Notes: generated from the sequence alone by a model not told the origin. A DNA stretch of 64,000 nucleotides from Moorena sp. SIOASIH (GCF_010671925.1 NZ_JAAHIH010000001.1:805053-869052), one strand, 5' to 3'. Shown: positions 51,148-62,129, counted from the first letter of the stretch. Translations and numbers: made by a program.

Positions 51148-51278
51148 TGGCTGTGTGTGAGTAAGTCATTGACGACGAGTTTACTTGATCAAGTACAAAG
51201 CCAGCAATAAATAAAATGAGAGTGATTATGTTCATTGGCTGTGTGTGAGTAAGTCATTGACGACGAGTTTGCTTCATC
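51103..51278. repeat. Tandem ~88-bp duplication covering the antiporter start codon and its upstream region (copy 1 at 51103-51190, copy 2 at 51191-51278).
   Basis: AGTACAAAGCCAGCAATAAATAAAATGAGAGTGATTATGTTCATTGGCTGTGTGTGAGTAAGTCATTGACGACGAGTTT is repeated with slightly diverged ends. It creates an out-of-frame second ATG and the small ORF 50957-51235. Confidence 0.75.
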
Positions 51279-51540
51279 AATCAGGAAATTTGCTATAACC
51301 TGGGCTTAGCCCTTGTAATTACCTAGGGTTTATTGAAACCGCAAACAACTCAACAATAACACACAGCAAGCCTATTTTTTATGTGTTTATCCAGGTTTAT
51401 TTTTATTGTTTTTTTTGAGGTTTTATATTAAAAATTAATGGTTTATATGCACAAATAACATTAGCACTGGATTAAAAATATAGCCATATCAATATAGCTA
51501 TATCAGGTTAATATATAGCGGTTCTCATATTAATGAGGTA

Positions 51541-51625
51541 CACACACCGATTGTTTCCCTGTTCCCTGTTTATTGTTCCCTGTTTATTGTTCCCTGTTTA
51601 TTGTTCCCTGTTCCCTGTTTACTAT
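51541..51625. repeat. Tandem 14-nt repeats (TGTTCCCTGTTTAT)x3 plus CTGTTCC heptamers.
   Basis: Read directly. Confidence 0.85.
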
Positions 51626-51717
51626 TCCATAAAATGCAAAAAATGTGTACCTCACCTATTTGATTAATACGATAAATTTCAAGTTATATTAACCTGATAA
51701 TTTATTGGCTAATTGCT

Positions 51718-52506
51718 TCATATTTTTCTCAATAAACTCTCTAAAAACAGTTGCTTTAAAGACAAATAGATAAAAGGTGGGATTGTACTGTAGTAGCGGT
51801 TCGAAAGTCTACTTGGCTCTTGAACTAGCCTATACAACCATTCCAAGCCAATTCGCTGGGCGAATCGGGGTGCACGTCGATGAATTCCTGCATAGACAAG
51901 GAAAGCCCCGCCCAAACCAATCATAACTGCTTGGATTTTATCCTTGTGCTGAGCCATCCAGTATTCCTGCTTAGGACACCCTAGAGACACTAGCACCAAC
52001 CCGGCTCCACTGTCATTGACCTTTTGAATCAGCTCACGGTCTTCAGTAGCAGTCAGAGGGCGAAACGGTAATGGTTCCATGCCCGCGATTTGAAGTCTAG
52101 GAAATTCCCGGTTTAGCCTAGCTCGCATGTTGTCAAGAACTCTGGGAGTGGAACCGGCGAAAAATACACTGATGCGACGAGATGGAGCTTGTTGAGCTAG
52201 AGCTAAAAGGATATCTGGTCCTGCAACACGATTTTGGTTATGTATCCCCAGCTGCCTTAACATCCACACTAAAGGCATGCCATCAGGCGTCACAAGGTCT
52301 GCGTTGGCTAGCACAGCTCCCAACTTCTCTGGATACCAGTAAGCTTCCATAAGCATATGGACATTAGCGACGCAGACAATTTTACTTTTGCGTCCGCTAG
52401 CCCATCCCAAAATCTGTTTGATTTGTGCATCAAAGGGTAAAGCAGTTACCGGAGAGGTAATTAGCTTTTTTTGTGGTAATAGAGTGGTTTGTTCAGCTAA
52501 CACCAT
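51718..52506 (-). CDS. WecB/TagA/CpsF-family glycosyltransferase (N-acetylmannosaminyl/uronic-acid transferase type).
   Basis: 262 aa. The VANVHMLMEA...ADLVTPDGMPLVW and GLGCPKQEYW motifs are typical of the family. Confidence 0.8.
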   Translation of the reverse strand: MVLAEQTTLLPQKKLITSPVTALPFDAQIKQILGWASGRKSKIVCVANVHMLMEAYWYPEKLGAVLANADLVTPDGMPLVWMLRQLGIHNQNRVAGPDILLALAQQAPSRRISVFFAGSTPRVLDNMRARLNREFPRLQIAGMEPLPFRPLTATEDRELIQKVNDSGAGLVLVSLGCPKQEYWMAQHKDKIQAVMIGLGGAFLVYAGIHRRAPRFAQRIGLEWLYRLVQEPSRLSNRYYSTIPPFIYLSLKQLFLESLLRKI

Positions 52507-52671
52507 AAGATTTGGTAATGCACGATAAAAATCTTTATTAATTCAGCAAATCTCAATAAGACTGTACTATGTTGCCATTGTGGCAAAAAGTTAGAGCATT
52601 TATAGTGGTTTTACTAGTGCTCATAGTTGATGTTTTTTTTGGTAATGGCTAATGGATAATCGGCAGAAGTA

Positions 52672-53030
52672 TTGAACAGGGAATAGGGAACAGGGAATAG
52701 GGAACAGGAAACAAGTATTTTTCGATAAAAAGGTATCTTTAAATACATTTTTTCTTATTGTCTTGATGCAGTCGTTCATGGTTTCGGTTCTGTGTAGATC
52801 ACCTGCTTCTGCACCTTAAAAGCCCCGTGGGAAAACCCTTTGGGGGCCCTGGCTCTCCCCGCGCTGCATTCCTACTCCCTACTCCCTACTTCCTAAAACC
52901 CAGGACAAAAGTTCCTCACCCAATTGATAACTGCTATAGATATAGCGGTTTGCACTTCAATTAGGTACAAATTTCTGGGTTTGTAGGGAGCAGGGACTTC
53001 GGAGCAGGGAGCGGGGAAGAGGGAAGAAGG
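52672..53030. repeat. Inverted heptamer arrays (GGGAATA/GGGAACA; TACTCCC x3 ... GGGAGCA x3) flanking a ~90-bp core.
   Basis: Read directly. The architecture matches the arrays at 18977-19347 and 23274-23853. Confidence 0.8.
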
Positions 53031-53207
53031 ATAAAATCCTGTGTACTTGATAGTTATGCAAACCGCCGTAATGGGTAATGGGTAATCCCCAGCTGATAGC
53101 ACCTCAAGTAGCGTGCGGGTAGCGCATTAGCTGATAGCTAACAAAGTTAAATAGTAAATTAAAAATTATCCCCTTTGATAGTTTTCTTTAGCTGAATAAA
53201 ATTATTG

Positions 53208-55205
53208 TTAACGTCCGGTATAAAGGGGAATAGCAACCATAGTGCCTGCATCTAGCTGATCCCGTCTTAGGGTCTTCGTCTTTCCCCGTCTAGTTTCCTT
53301 AATCTCGATTGTATAAGTCGATCCGAAAGCAATTTCCCGATAAACTGCTGAGACCGCAGAATCTCGATTAAGTATCACTGGACGCTTGGGGTCATCGACT
53401 CCCTGAGCTGGGTAGAACAGACCACCTAGGATCTCACTCTTTCCACCATTAACAGTAGCAGCTACAGTGGTACCATACTCCGTCTTGTAGCCAAACACCC
53501 AAGCTAGACCACCATCGTTATTGAGTAAGGGTTCCGGTGGGGGAGACTCGCAGTTGAGCTGGCGAGCGTAAACCCTTTGCCCCTTCCTGATTCTGATCCT
53601 AGAGGTCACAACGTCTTCTAAGAACCAAGTCCCAGTTTCGGAGGTGGTTTCCAAGAATGGACTGGAGTGCCGAACCACTACAGGCTGTGACGCAGCATTT
53701 TCCAATGTTCCACCCTGGAAGTTAAATCTTTCCAGGATGACTGGGTGGTCGTGATTCTCAAAACGGAATAATACTTCTGGTGAGCGAACTAAGGAGAAGA
53801 ATCCAATCATCCGATGCACGTTACCTCGCACGATTACAGGCTTGTTAAGGTGATAGTATCCCCAAGGGAAATAAATGGTGGTTTTGCCGGAGTCAATCGC
53901 TTTCTGGATCCCCTCGGAGTCATCGATACCATCATCTCGTTTAGCACCGTAGTCTTCTACATTTGCCCAGTTATTTAGGTCATAGTCCAAGAATTCTGGG
54001 GTCTCCTCAATCGGTAGGTTAAGGCTTGGCTTTGGGGAATCGAAGAGGCTGATAGATGGTGCAGCGATAAACTCTTCTACCTTAGGACCAGCTATCAGTT
54101 TGTCTCCACTCTTGATGGCAGCTTTGTATCCTTCGACACTAACGTTGCGAACCAGGATATTGCTTGTATTTTCAATAGCCACCGCCTGTGGTGACCCGCC
54201 GCGTAATTCTGAATCAATCAGTACAACTGGTCCAATCCAGTCGCCGCCGTTGCTGATAGCAGGAACCGAATTAATACTGGTTAGCTTGCGGATAGCTAAC
54301 ACTAGGTTGTCATTTTTAATACCTACCAGATTTTGGTGTTCCAGTCGGATGTTTTCAAGGGTGACATTGTAGAGAGCCGAGCTCCCCCGGATACCAATGT
54401 CAAAGCCTTTGATAGTAACGTTTTTGATTAGGCACGGTCCTACCTCACGGGTCAAGTTTAAACCAATTGCTCCGATGCCATCACCGGAGACAATGACCAC
54501 ATTTTCCATCGCCCCCGTGTTGCTGGCGTTGAAGTCTACACCAATAGCACCAGAATTACCTTTACCTGTGTCGAAGGTCATGTCGAAGATGTAGTTATTA
54601 TGGGCGCGATTGCCTTTGCCAGTGTCGCGAGTTCCCAGGGAGCCAGGGCGCGTGATCGGTCTGGGCTGCTCAGGATTACCAAAACCTTTGGCTTTGTCCT
54701 TAAGCTTGATCATAGTCTTGTCAGTGCCTTCACCCTGCCAAGTTAGAAATGCCCCAAAAACACCGTTTTTATTCTTCCACTCAATTGAATCACTGACCAA
54801 ATAGGTTCCTGTTGGAAATAACAGGGTGCGATGTTTAGTGAGATTATCCTGAACTGCTCGGCGAATGGCGGCTGTGTCATCGGTAATACCATCACCTTTG
54901 GCACCGTAATCCCGCACATTCACCATGTTCGCATCCAAAGGATAGAGGGGATTCGCTGCTACTGAAGAACTGACCAAGCTGGAAAAGCTAGCAGGTAAGC
55001 CGATCAGCAATAGTAGGGTGCACAGGCTTAGGGAGAAGAACGTGAGCTTGGCTAGGTGCGGACGAATGCCTACTAGATTTTTAAGTCTTTGGGATTGGTA
55101 TTTACGCGCTAGATGTATAAAAAATAACGCTTTTCGGAGCAGTACTGCCAATCCTTTACTGATCATCCAGCGGTAGCCGTTCTTAGTTAATCGTGTTTTT
55201 AGCAT
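53208..55205 (-). CDS. Secreted or anchored tandem right-handed beta-helix protein (pectate-lyase superfamily; glycoside hydrolase family 55-like).
   Basis: An N-terminal TM/signal. Two copies of the beta-helix N-cap motif (VRDYGAKGDGITDDTAAIRRAV and VEDYGAKRDDGIDDSEGIQKAI), each followed by a beta-helix region. 665 aa. Confidence 0.6.
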   Translation of the reverse strand: MLKTRLTKNGYRWMISKGLAVLLRKALFFIHLARKYQSQRLKNLVGIRPHLAKLTFFSLSLCTLLLLIGLPASFSSLVSSSVAANPLYPLDANMVNVRDYGAKGDGITDDTAAIRRAVQDNLTKHRTLLFPTGTYLVSDSIEWKNKNGVFGAFLTWQGEGTDKTMIKLKDKAKGFGNPEQPRPITRPGSLGTRDTGKGNRAHNNYIFDMTFDTGKGNSGAIGVDFNASNTGAMENVVIVSGDGIGAIGLNLTREVGPCLIKNVTIKGFDIGIRGSSALYNVTLENIRLEHQNLVGIKNDNLVLAIRKLTSINSVPAISNGGDWIGPVVLIDSELRGGSPQAVAIENTSNILVRNVSVEGYKAAIKSGDKLIAGPKVEEFIAAPSISLFDSPKPSLNLPIEETPEFLDYDLNNWANVEDYGAKRDDGIDDSEGIQKAIDSGKTTIYFPWGYYHLNKPVIVRGNVHRMIGFFSLVRSPEVLFRFENHDHPVILERFNFQGGTLENAASQPVVVRHSSPFLETTSETGTWFLEDVVTSRIRIRKGQRVYARQLNCESPPPEPLLNNDGGLAWVFGYKTEYGTTVAATVNGGKSEILGGLFYPAQGVDDPKRPVILNRDSAVSAVYREIAFGSTYTIEIKETRRGKTKTLRRDQLDAGTMVAIPLYTGR

Positions 55206-55374
55206 TTTTCAGATACCACTTTATGTCAAAAAAATCACAATATTTAATATTTAATTAATAAATTTTTGTTAAATTTAATTCAAGCCAATCTGGCAACAGA
55301 TCTAAGTAGAACTTGGTTTTAATGAAAAATACTGAATGATATCAAGTCCGGTTAATTACTTTCCAAATAATCCC

Positions 55375-55480
55375 TGAATTTTTGGTAATGAGTAATAGGT
55401 GATGAGTAATCATCAACTAGCAATTACCAATTACTAACTACCAACTAACAATTACTAATTACTAATTACCAATTACCAAT
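55375..55480. repeat. Inverted heptamer arrays (GGTAATG/GGTGATG ... AATTACT/AATTACC).
   Basis: Read directly. Confidence 0.8.
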
Positions 55481-55633
55481 TACCCGCTCAGGAATTATGA
55501 TAATTAGTCAACCGAATTTGATAGGATACATCGATAGGTTTATTCATCCCTTAATTGACAAATAAATAGTAATTGAGTTGAAGTAAAACCTGTTAGTAAT
55601 TTCGTTGTTAGTTATTTGGTTCTCAAGATTCAT

Positions 55634-56485
55634 ATGAAAGTAGCAATTCTTGCCGGGGGTCTCGGTACTCGCCTAGCGGAAGAAACGGACACAAAACCAA
55701 AGCCAATGGTAGCAATCGGAGGGCGACCAATCCTCTGGCATATCATGATGCATTATTACCATTATGGCTTCCAAGATTTTGTGATTGCCCTTGGCTATAA
55801 GGCAGAAGTTATTAAAAAATACATGGTGGACTATTGTTCACTTAATAGTAACTTAACGGTGAACCTTAGCAATGGCAAAGTCATCCAGCACGGTGGTGGA
55901 GCACCGGATTGGACAGTTGATCTCATCGATACTGGTATTCACACCAATACAGGCGGTCGGATCAAACGCCTCGCTCCTTATGTAGGCAATCAGACATTTA
56001 TGCTCACTTGGGGAGATGGGGTTTCTGATGTCAATTTAAATGCGCTCCTGGAATTCCATCGCTCCCATGGCAAATTAGCTACCTTAACTGCAGTACGTCC
56101 ACCTGCACGTTTTGGTTACTTAGAACTAGATGGAAACCAGATTACGGAATTCTCTGAAAAGCCTCAAACCCGAGAAGGCTGGATCAACGGTGCTTTCTTT
56201 GTTTTAGAGCCGGGAGTTTTTGATTATATCGACGGTGATGACACCCAGTGGGAAAAAGCGCCACTGGAGCGACTCGCCAAAGATGGGCAACTGATGGCTT
56301 ATCACCACACTTCATTCTGGCAATGCATGGACACCTTGCGGGACAAGCGCAGGTTAGAAAGTCTGTGGAACAGTGGCAATGCACCTTGGAAAATTTGGGA
56401 GGAAAATAATGCGAGTATTAGTAACTGGTCACAAGGGCTACATCGGCACAGTCATGGTGCCAATGCTACTAGCTCAAGGGTATGA
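55634..56485 (+). CDS. rfbF: Glucose-1-phosphate cytidylyltransferase. Its 3' end overlaps the next gene by 77 nt.
   Basis: MKVAILAGGLGTRL...KPKPMVAIGGRPILWHIM...GYKAEVIKKYMVDY matches the CDP-glucose pyrophosphorylase family. The C-terminus runs about 25 aa past the usual ...APWKIWE end. Confidence 0.85.
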   Translation: MKVAILAGGLGTRLAEETDTKPKPMVAIGGRPILWHIMMHYYHYGFQDFVIALGYKAEVIKKYMVDYCSLNSNLTVNLSNGKVIQHGGGAPDWTVDLIDTGIHTNTGGRIKRLAPYVGNQTFMLTWGDGVSDVNLNALLEFHRSHGKLATLTAVRPPARFGYLELDGNQITEFSEKPQTREGWINGAFFVLEPGVFDYIDGDDTQWEKAPLERLAKDGQLMAYHHTSFWQCMDTLRDKRRLESLWNSGNAPWKIWEENNASISNWSQGLHRHSHGANATSSRV

Positions 56486-57473
56486 TGTATTTGGTCTTGA
56501 TAGCGACTTATTTGAACAGAGTACCTTTGGTGAAGGAATTCGAAAAATTCCAGAGCTAAAAAAGGATATCCGTGACGTTACCGCAACAGAACTAGAAGGA
56601 TTTGATGCTCTAATCCACTTAGCAGGTCTTTCCAACGATCCTCTGGGGAATCTGAATCCTGACTTAACCTATGAGATCAATTATGCTGCTTCAGTTCATT
56701 TGGCTAAGTTAGCCAAAGCCGCAGGCATTGAGCGCTTTGTATTCTCATCATCCTGTAGTAACTATGGTGCTGGCGGTGATGACTGGTTGACTGAGGAATC
56801 ACCCTTCAACCCTGTCACTCCTTACGGCATTTCTAAAGTTCGTGTTGAGCAAGATGTTACTCAGTTAGCGGACGATAACTTTAGTCCTATCTTTCTGCGC
56901 AATGCCACCGCTTACGGTGTTTCCCGCCGTCTGCGCTTTGATCTAGTACTCAATAACTTGGTGGCTTGGGCATTTACCACGGGTCAAGTGTATATCAAGA
57001 GCGATGGCACCCCTTGGCGTCCCATTGTCCATATCGAAGATATTTCCCAAGCATTTATTGCGGTGTTGGAGGCACCTCGTGAGGTGGTACACAATCAAGC
57101 GTTTAATGTCGGACGCAATGAGGACAACTATCGCATTCGAGAGTTAGCGGAAATTGTCAAAGAAACAGTCCCAGGCTGCGAAATTGAATACGCTAAAGAT
57201 GCTGGACCCGATAAGCGCTGTTATCGAGTTGATTGTAGTAAGATTATTCGGACATTACCCAAATTCAAACCCCAATGGAATGCCCGTCGGGGAGCTCAAG
57301 AACTCTACCAGGCTTATCAAACCGTAGGCTTAACCTTGGAAGAGTTTGAAGGACCAAGGTATCAGCGTATTGCTCACATCAAACAATTACTTAGCACTGG
57401 AAGATTAGATCAAACCCTGCGTTGGCGTACCCACCTACCTACATCTCCTAAAATACAAGCCATGAGTGTTTAG
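56409..57473 (+). CDS. NAD-dependent epimerase/dehydratase (extended SDR), probably a CDP-sugar-modifying enzyme.
   Basis: MRVLVTGHKGYIGT Rossmann motif. A catalytic YGISK (YxxxK). 354 aa. Adjacent to rfbF. Confidence 0.75.
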   Translation: MRVLVTGHKGYIGTVMVPMLLAQGYDVFGLDSDLFEQSTFGEGIRKIPELKKDIRDVTATELEGFDALIHLAGLSNDPLGNLNPDLTYEINYAASVHLAKLAKAAGIERFVFSSSCSNYGAGGDDWLTEESPFNPVTPYGISKVRVEQDVTQLADDNFSPIFLRNATAYGVSRRLRFDLVLNNLVAWAFTTGQVYIKSDGTPWRPIVHIEDISQAFIAVLEAPREVVHNQAFNVGRNEDNYRIRELAEIVKETVPGCEIEYAKDAGPDKRCYRVDCSKIIRTLPKFKPQWNARRGAQELYQAYQTVGLTLEEFEGPRYQRIAHIKQLLSTGRLDQTLRWRTHLPTSPKIQAMSV

Positions 57474-57480
57474 GAGTTGT

Positions 57481-57540
57481 TGGGTAATCGGTAATCGGTA
57501 ATCGGTAATCCTAATATAATTACCAATTACCAATTACCAA
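57481..57540. repeat. Inverted heptamers (GGTAATC)x4 ... (AATTACC)x3.
   Basis: Read directly. Confidence 0.85.
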
Positions 57541-57697
57541 AAGGGCGGAAAAATTTGTTGCAGTCACTCTGGAGAATTAGTTAACTTTAATAAAAAGTTG
57601 ACTTTGCTATTGTTATGAATATTTTTTTGTTGCTGATTAACCGTTAATTGCCAACAGTTTACAGTTAACAATTAACAGTCATATTATTAAAATAATA

Positions 57698-58933
57698 ATG
57701 TCTAATTCAATGCCTATTTGCCGTGCTAACAGCACTGATGACTTAGAGTTAATTATTTCCTTCGGTTACACCCCATTAGCTGATGGATTACTTACTAAAG
57801 ACCAGTTAGATAAACCTGAATATACTGCTCCATTGGATCTGGCGTTTTCTCCTAGCAGTGGTTTAGTCCAAATCACCGAAAGTGTACCCCCTGAAATCCT
57901 ATTTTGTCGAGACTACCCCTATTTTTCTTCTGTATCAAAATCGTTACTAAAACACTTTGGAGATAGTGCCAAAGCCATCATTGAGTCAAGACAACTCAAT
58001 AGCAACAGTCTAGTGATTGAAGCAGCTAGTAATGATGGCTATATGCTCAAGAAATTTGTTGAAAAAGGAATTCCGGTGCTGGGAATCGACCCAGCCTCTG
58101 GACCTGCGGAAGCTGCCCAAAAAGCAGGTATTCCTACTCTTTGTACATTCTTTACAAAAGATTTGGCAATAGAGCTACAGTCTCAAGGACGGAAAGCTGA
58201 TGTTTTTCTTGCTAACAATGTCTTGGCTCATGTGCCAGATCTGAATGGCTTTGTAGCAGGGATTGGCGTTCTGCTGAAAGAGACTGGTGTAGCTGTGATT
58301 GAAGTCCCCTATGTGGTTGACTTGGTAGATCACTGTGAATTTGACACTATCTACCATCAGCACTTATGCTATTTTTCAGTAACTGCTTTGGATCGGTTGT
58401 TTAGGAAACATGGTTTATTCCTAAATGACATCCAACGTACTCCAATCCATGGAGGTTCGTTACGCCTATTTGTGGAACCTAAGGAACAGGTTAAGGAATC
58501 TGTAAAATCTCTATTAGCAGAAGAAGTAGCGCGGGGAGTTGACCGCATTGATTACTATCGTGATTTTGCTAATCGTGTCCAGGAAATTAAGCTTTCTTTA
58601 CTGGATATCCTCTGGGATTTGAAGAAACAGGGTAAAAAGGTAGCAGCCTATGGAGCAGCAGCTAAAGCAACTACTCTGCTCAGTTATTTTGGGATTAATA
58701 AAACCCTGGTAGATTATGTAGTGGATTTAAATCCGTTCAAACATGGTCGCTACATGGGCATTAATCATTTACCGATTTTCCCACCATCAAAACTGTTAGA
58801 GGATAAACCAGATTATGTCTTGCTGCTAGCTTGGAATTTTGCTGATGAGATTTTGCAGCAACAGGAAGAGTATCGACAACAAGGAGGTAAATTTATTATT
58901 CCGATTCCACAACCAAAGATTGTTTCAAGTTGA
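57698..58933 (+). CDS. Class I SAM-dependent methyltransferase of the NDP-hexose C-methyltransferase (TylCIII-like) type, with an N-terminal Zn-ribbon domain and a C-methyltransferase C-terminal domain.
   Basis: 411 aa. An N-terminal C..C...PLAD(G) segment, then a SAM-binding VIEAASNDG motif, and a C-terminal domain typical of the ~410-aa sugar C-methyltransferases. Confidence 0.65.
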   Translation: MSNSMPICRANSTDDLELIISFGYTPLADGLLTKDQLDKPEYTAPLDLAFSPSSGLVQITESVPPEILFCRDYPYFSSVSKSLLKHFGDSAKAIIESRQLNSNSLVIEAASNDGYMLKKFVEKGIPVLGIDPASGPAEAAQKAGIPTLCTFFTKDLAIELQSQGRKADVFLANNVLAHVPDLNGFVAGIGVLLKETGVAVIEVPYVVDLVDHCEFDTIYHQHLCYFSVTALDRLFRKHGLFLNDIQRTPIHGGSLRLFVEPKEQVKESVKSLLAEEVARGVDRIDYYRDFANRVQEIKLSLLDILWDLKKQGKKVAAYGAAAKATTLLSYFGINKTLVDYVVDLNPFKHGRYMGINHLPIFPPSKLLEDKPDYVLLLAWNFADEILQQQEEYRQQGGKFIIPIPQPKIVSS

Positions 58934-58955
58934 CGGTTGAGGGTTAAGCAAAGTA

Positions 58956-59068
58956 AGCTATCAGCTATCAGCTATCAGCTATCAGCTATCAGCTATCAGC
59001 TATCAGCTATCAGATATCAGCTATCAGCTATCAGCTATCAGCTATCAGCTATCAGCTATCAGATATCA
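58956..59068. repeat. (AGCTATC)x~16 heptamer array, followed by a MITE-like terminal-repeat fragment and (GCTGACC) repeats at 59095-59215.
   Basis: Read directly. Confidence 0.9.
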
Positions 59069-59891
59069 GCGAACAGCGATTAGCGCTACGCGCACGCTAC
59101 TTGAGGTGCTTTCATCTTTCAGCTTATGCGCTATGCGCACACTACTTGATGTGCCAAAGGCCAACGGCTGACCGCTGACCACTGACCGCTGACCACTGAC
59201 CGCTGAATACTTACCCCAAACTTGTATACCTCACCTATTTTATAAATGCTATAATTTAAGTCAGCTTTGTCATACCTCGTAGTGCGGAAGGGTACGGATA
59301 CTTGCCAATTTTCCCTTAGCGAACTTGCGCACTTTCTGATCTGAGTCATGCTCTGCTCTGTCTCGCAATAGTAGTAGAGTTTGGTGATGGTTCTGATAGT
59401 AATCAATGATTGCTGTAAGGGCAATTTGCCGAGGGTTTTCTTCCCGGCGCTGCTTGCGAGAAAAGGGATCATTGACAGCGCGAACGCACAAAAACTCAAA
59501 CATCCCAGGTTCATTTTTCCAACCACAGATTAATTCTGTCATAACTGCTGCTCGCACACGCCAATGCGGATCTGATTCAGCTCGTTGTTGGAGAAAACGT
59601 AAAGTATCTGGGTGATATTTAGAACTACCATTGGTGAACAGTTAAGATGGTGTGTAATTTTTAAATGATCTAGTTACAAATGCTTACTATCAAGTCAATG
59701 CGTTGCTAATTATAGGTTTTGATAACGTTGGTGTTGGCGATCGTAAGCTTGAATTATGCGATTGACCGTAGGTCACGCTACGCGAACGCAAAATAGTAAA
59801 TACAAAAATTTTTTTTTATTGAGCTTACAGAATCGACTAGTATAGCCAGTCCTAATGACAGCACATTTAAATTATAAAACAGTTACTCAAA

Positions 59892-61121
59892 ATGATACAA
59901 CAATCATTGTCCAAAAATTTTGCTCACACACAACCGATTTCATTATCAGAACATATCTGTCCCAACTGTGGAAACCAAGGATTGTCCTTATTTTATGAAG
60001 TACACAACGTACCAGTTCACAGTTGCTTAATGATGTCAACCGAGGAAGAAGCTCTAGACTTCCCTTGCGGTGATGTGGTTTTGGGGTTTTGTGAAGATTG
60101 CGGTTTCATCACTAACGTGTCATTTGACCCTAGGTGGTCAGCTTACGCCCCCAATTATGAAGACCAACAGAGTTTTTCCCCAACCTTCAATCAGTTTGCC
60201 CTTGATCTAGCCAATCATCTGATCGACAAATACGACCTTCATGACAAAGACATTGTAGAAATTGGTTGTAGCAAAGGAGATTTCCTCTTGCTGCTGTGCG
60301 AATTAGGTAACAATCGCGGTGTTGGTATTGACCCGTCTGCTGTACTAGGACGAGTCCAGAGTAAAGCCGCTGACCGGGTTATCTTTATTCAAGACTATTA
60401 CTCAGAGCGCTATGCTGAGTATGTGGGTGATTTTATCTGTTGTCGCCATACCCTAGAGCATATTTATCCTACCGCTGAGTTTATTAGTACCGTGCGCCGC
60501 TCCATTGGCGATCGCCTCAATACCGTTGTGGTCTTTGAGATACCAGATACCATACGAGTACTCAAAGACTTAGCCTTTGAAGACATTTACTACGAACACT
60601 GCTCCTATTTCACCCCTGGATCCCTAGCGCGATTATTCCGTGACTGTGGCTTTGAAGTGACTGACCTGTATCGAGCTTATGGTGAACAATATCTGTTAAT
60701 TGAAACCCGACCTGTCACTATAGCATCTGACAAAGTACATCCTCTGGAAGAAAGTCTTGAGCAACTGACCCAGCATGTCAAACACTTCACCAACGAGATT
60801 AGTAAGAAGCTGGACAATTGGAAGCAGCACTTAGAGCAGATGCATGCTCAAGGCAAGCGTGTTGTAGTTTGGGGTTCGGGTTCCAAGTGTGTGGCTTTTC
60901 TAACCACTCTTGATACCACAGACAAAATTGAATACGTGGTAGACATTAATCCTCATCGTCATGGGAAATTTATCCCTGGCGTTGGTAAAGAAATTATGGC
61001 ACCAGAGTTTTTGAAGGAATACAAACCCGATCAGGTGATTGTCATGAATTCCATATATTGTCATGAAATTCAGCAAATGTTGGATAGGATGGGAGTAACT
61101 ACAGAGGTTATATCTCTATAA
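59892..61121 (+). CDS. Second TylCIII-like sugar C-methyltransferase paralogue (Zn-ribbon, SAM MTase, C-methyltransferase C-terminal domain).
   Basis: 409 aa. CPNCGN...(24 aa)...CEDCGF zinc ribbon. IVEIGCSKGD SAM motif. Same architecture as 57698-58933. Confidence 0.65.
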   Translation: MIQQSLSKNFAHTQPISLSEHICPNCGNQGLSLFYEVHNVPVHSCLMMSTEEEALDFPCGDVVLGFCEDCGFITNVSFDPRWSAYAPNYEDQQSFSPTFNQFALDLANHLIDKYDLHDKDIVEIGCSKGDFLLLLCELGNNRGVGIDPSAVLGRVQSKAADRVIFIQDYYSERYAEYVGDFICCRHTLEHIYPTAEFISTVRRSIGDRLNTVVVFEIPDTIRVLKDLAFEDIYYEHCSYFTPGSLARLFRDCGFEVTDLYRAYGEQYLLIETRPVTIASDKVHPLEESLEQLTQHVKHFTNEISKKLDNWKQHLEQMHAQGKRVVVWGSGSKCVAFLTTLDTTDKIEYVVDINPHRHGKFIPGVGKEIMAPEFLKEYKPDQVIVMNSIYCHEIQQMLDRMGVTTEVISL

Positions 61122-61142
61122 ACATCAGTCATTAGTTATGAG

Positions 61143-61215
61143 GTAAGCATTCAGCCGTCAGCTATCAGCTGATAGCTGATAGCTGATAGCTGATAGCTGA
61201 TAGCTGAATACTTAC
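61143..61215. mobile_element. Miniature palindromic element with GTAAGCATTCAGC ... GCTGAATACTTAC termini around (AGCTGAT)x5.
   Basis: Same terminal inverted repeat as the 34294-34519 element. Confidence 0.5.
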
Positions 61216-61254
61216 ATACGTTAACCAAATCGGTTTATGTGAAAAAATGTTCAA

Positions 61255-62127
61255 ATGATTGCTGATCAACCCCGCTTAAGCATTGGATTACCGGTCTACA
61301 ACGGCGAAGAATTCCTCAGGGAAGCATTAGATTCAATTTTGACTCAGACCTTTGAAGATTTCGAGTTGATCATTTCAGATAACTGCTCGACTGACGCAAC
61401 TGAGGAGATTTGCCGGGAGTATCAGGCTAAGGACAAACGCATTTATTACTACCGCAATCAAGACAATCTAGGTGCTGCCCCAAACTACAATCGTACCGTT
61501 GAGTTGGCTAGAGGTGAATACTTTAAGTGGGCAGCTGATGACGATGTTTGTGCCCCCTCTTTCTTAGCTCGCTGCCTAGAGGTGCTTGACAATGACCCGA
61601 CGGTGATTTTGTCATACCCAAGAACAATATTCACCAAGCCTGATGGACAAAAGTGGTGGGAAGCGAAGTCGGTAGGGAACCTAGATTCAGAGAAACCCCA
61701 TGAACGTTTTCAGGCAGCAATTTCGGATTTCTGGTGCTTGGAGGTTTTCGGACTGATCCGCACGGATGCCCTAAGAAAAACCTCATTGATTTCATCCTAC
61801 TACGGTTCAGATCGGCTGTTGCTGACTCAACTAAGCCTGATCGGGCCCTTGAAAGAAATTCCTGAACCCCTCTTTTTCCGGCGCTGCCATTCAGACCAGT
61901 CAAGTCGGCTATCGGCTCAGGAGCGGGAGGTTTGGATCGATACCAAAGCCTCTATGGGACCGAAATTCCTGCGACCTCGGAATTCGATTGAATTTTTCAG
62001 GGCAGTATTTCAGGCTCCGTTGAACTGGCAGGAACGTATTCGCTGTTTAGGTGTACTTGGGAACTATGTTTTTTCTGCCCAGACTTGGAAAAAATTTTTC
62101 CATCAGAAAGCACCCAGTAAAGTTTAG
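61255..62127 (+). CDS. Family 2 glycosyltransferase (GT-A fold).
   Basis: LSIGLPVYNGEEFLREALDSILTQTFEDFELIISDNCSTD...DD DxD region. 290 aa. Confidence 0.8.
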   Translation: MIADQPRLSIGLPVYNGEEFLREALDSILTQTFEDFELIISDNCSTDATEEICREYQAKDKRIYYYRNQDNLGAAPNYNRTVELARGEYFKWAADDDVCAPSFLARCLEVLDNDPTVILSYPRTIFTKPDGQKWWEAKSVGNLDSEKPHERFQAAISDFWCLEVFGLIRTDALRKTSLISSYYGSDRLLLTQLSLIGPLKEIPEPLFFRRCHSDQSSRLSAQEREVWIDTKASMGPKFLRPRNSIEFFRAVFQAPLNWQERIRCLGVLGNYVFSAQTWKKFFHQKAPSKV

Positions 62128-62129
62128 CC

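Noticed and set aside
59270-59557. 95-aa minus-strand ORF with a weak HEAT/PBS-lyase-repeat flavour between the two methyltransferase genes
   Set aside because: It is short and flanked on both sides by MITE and heptamer repeats. The similarity is too weak to call, so it is possibly a gene remnant.
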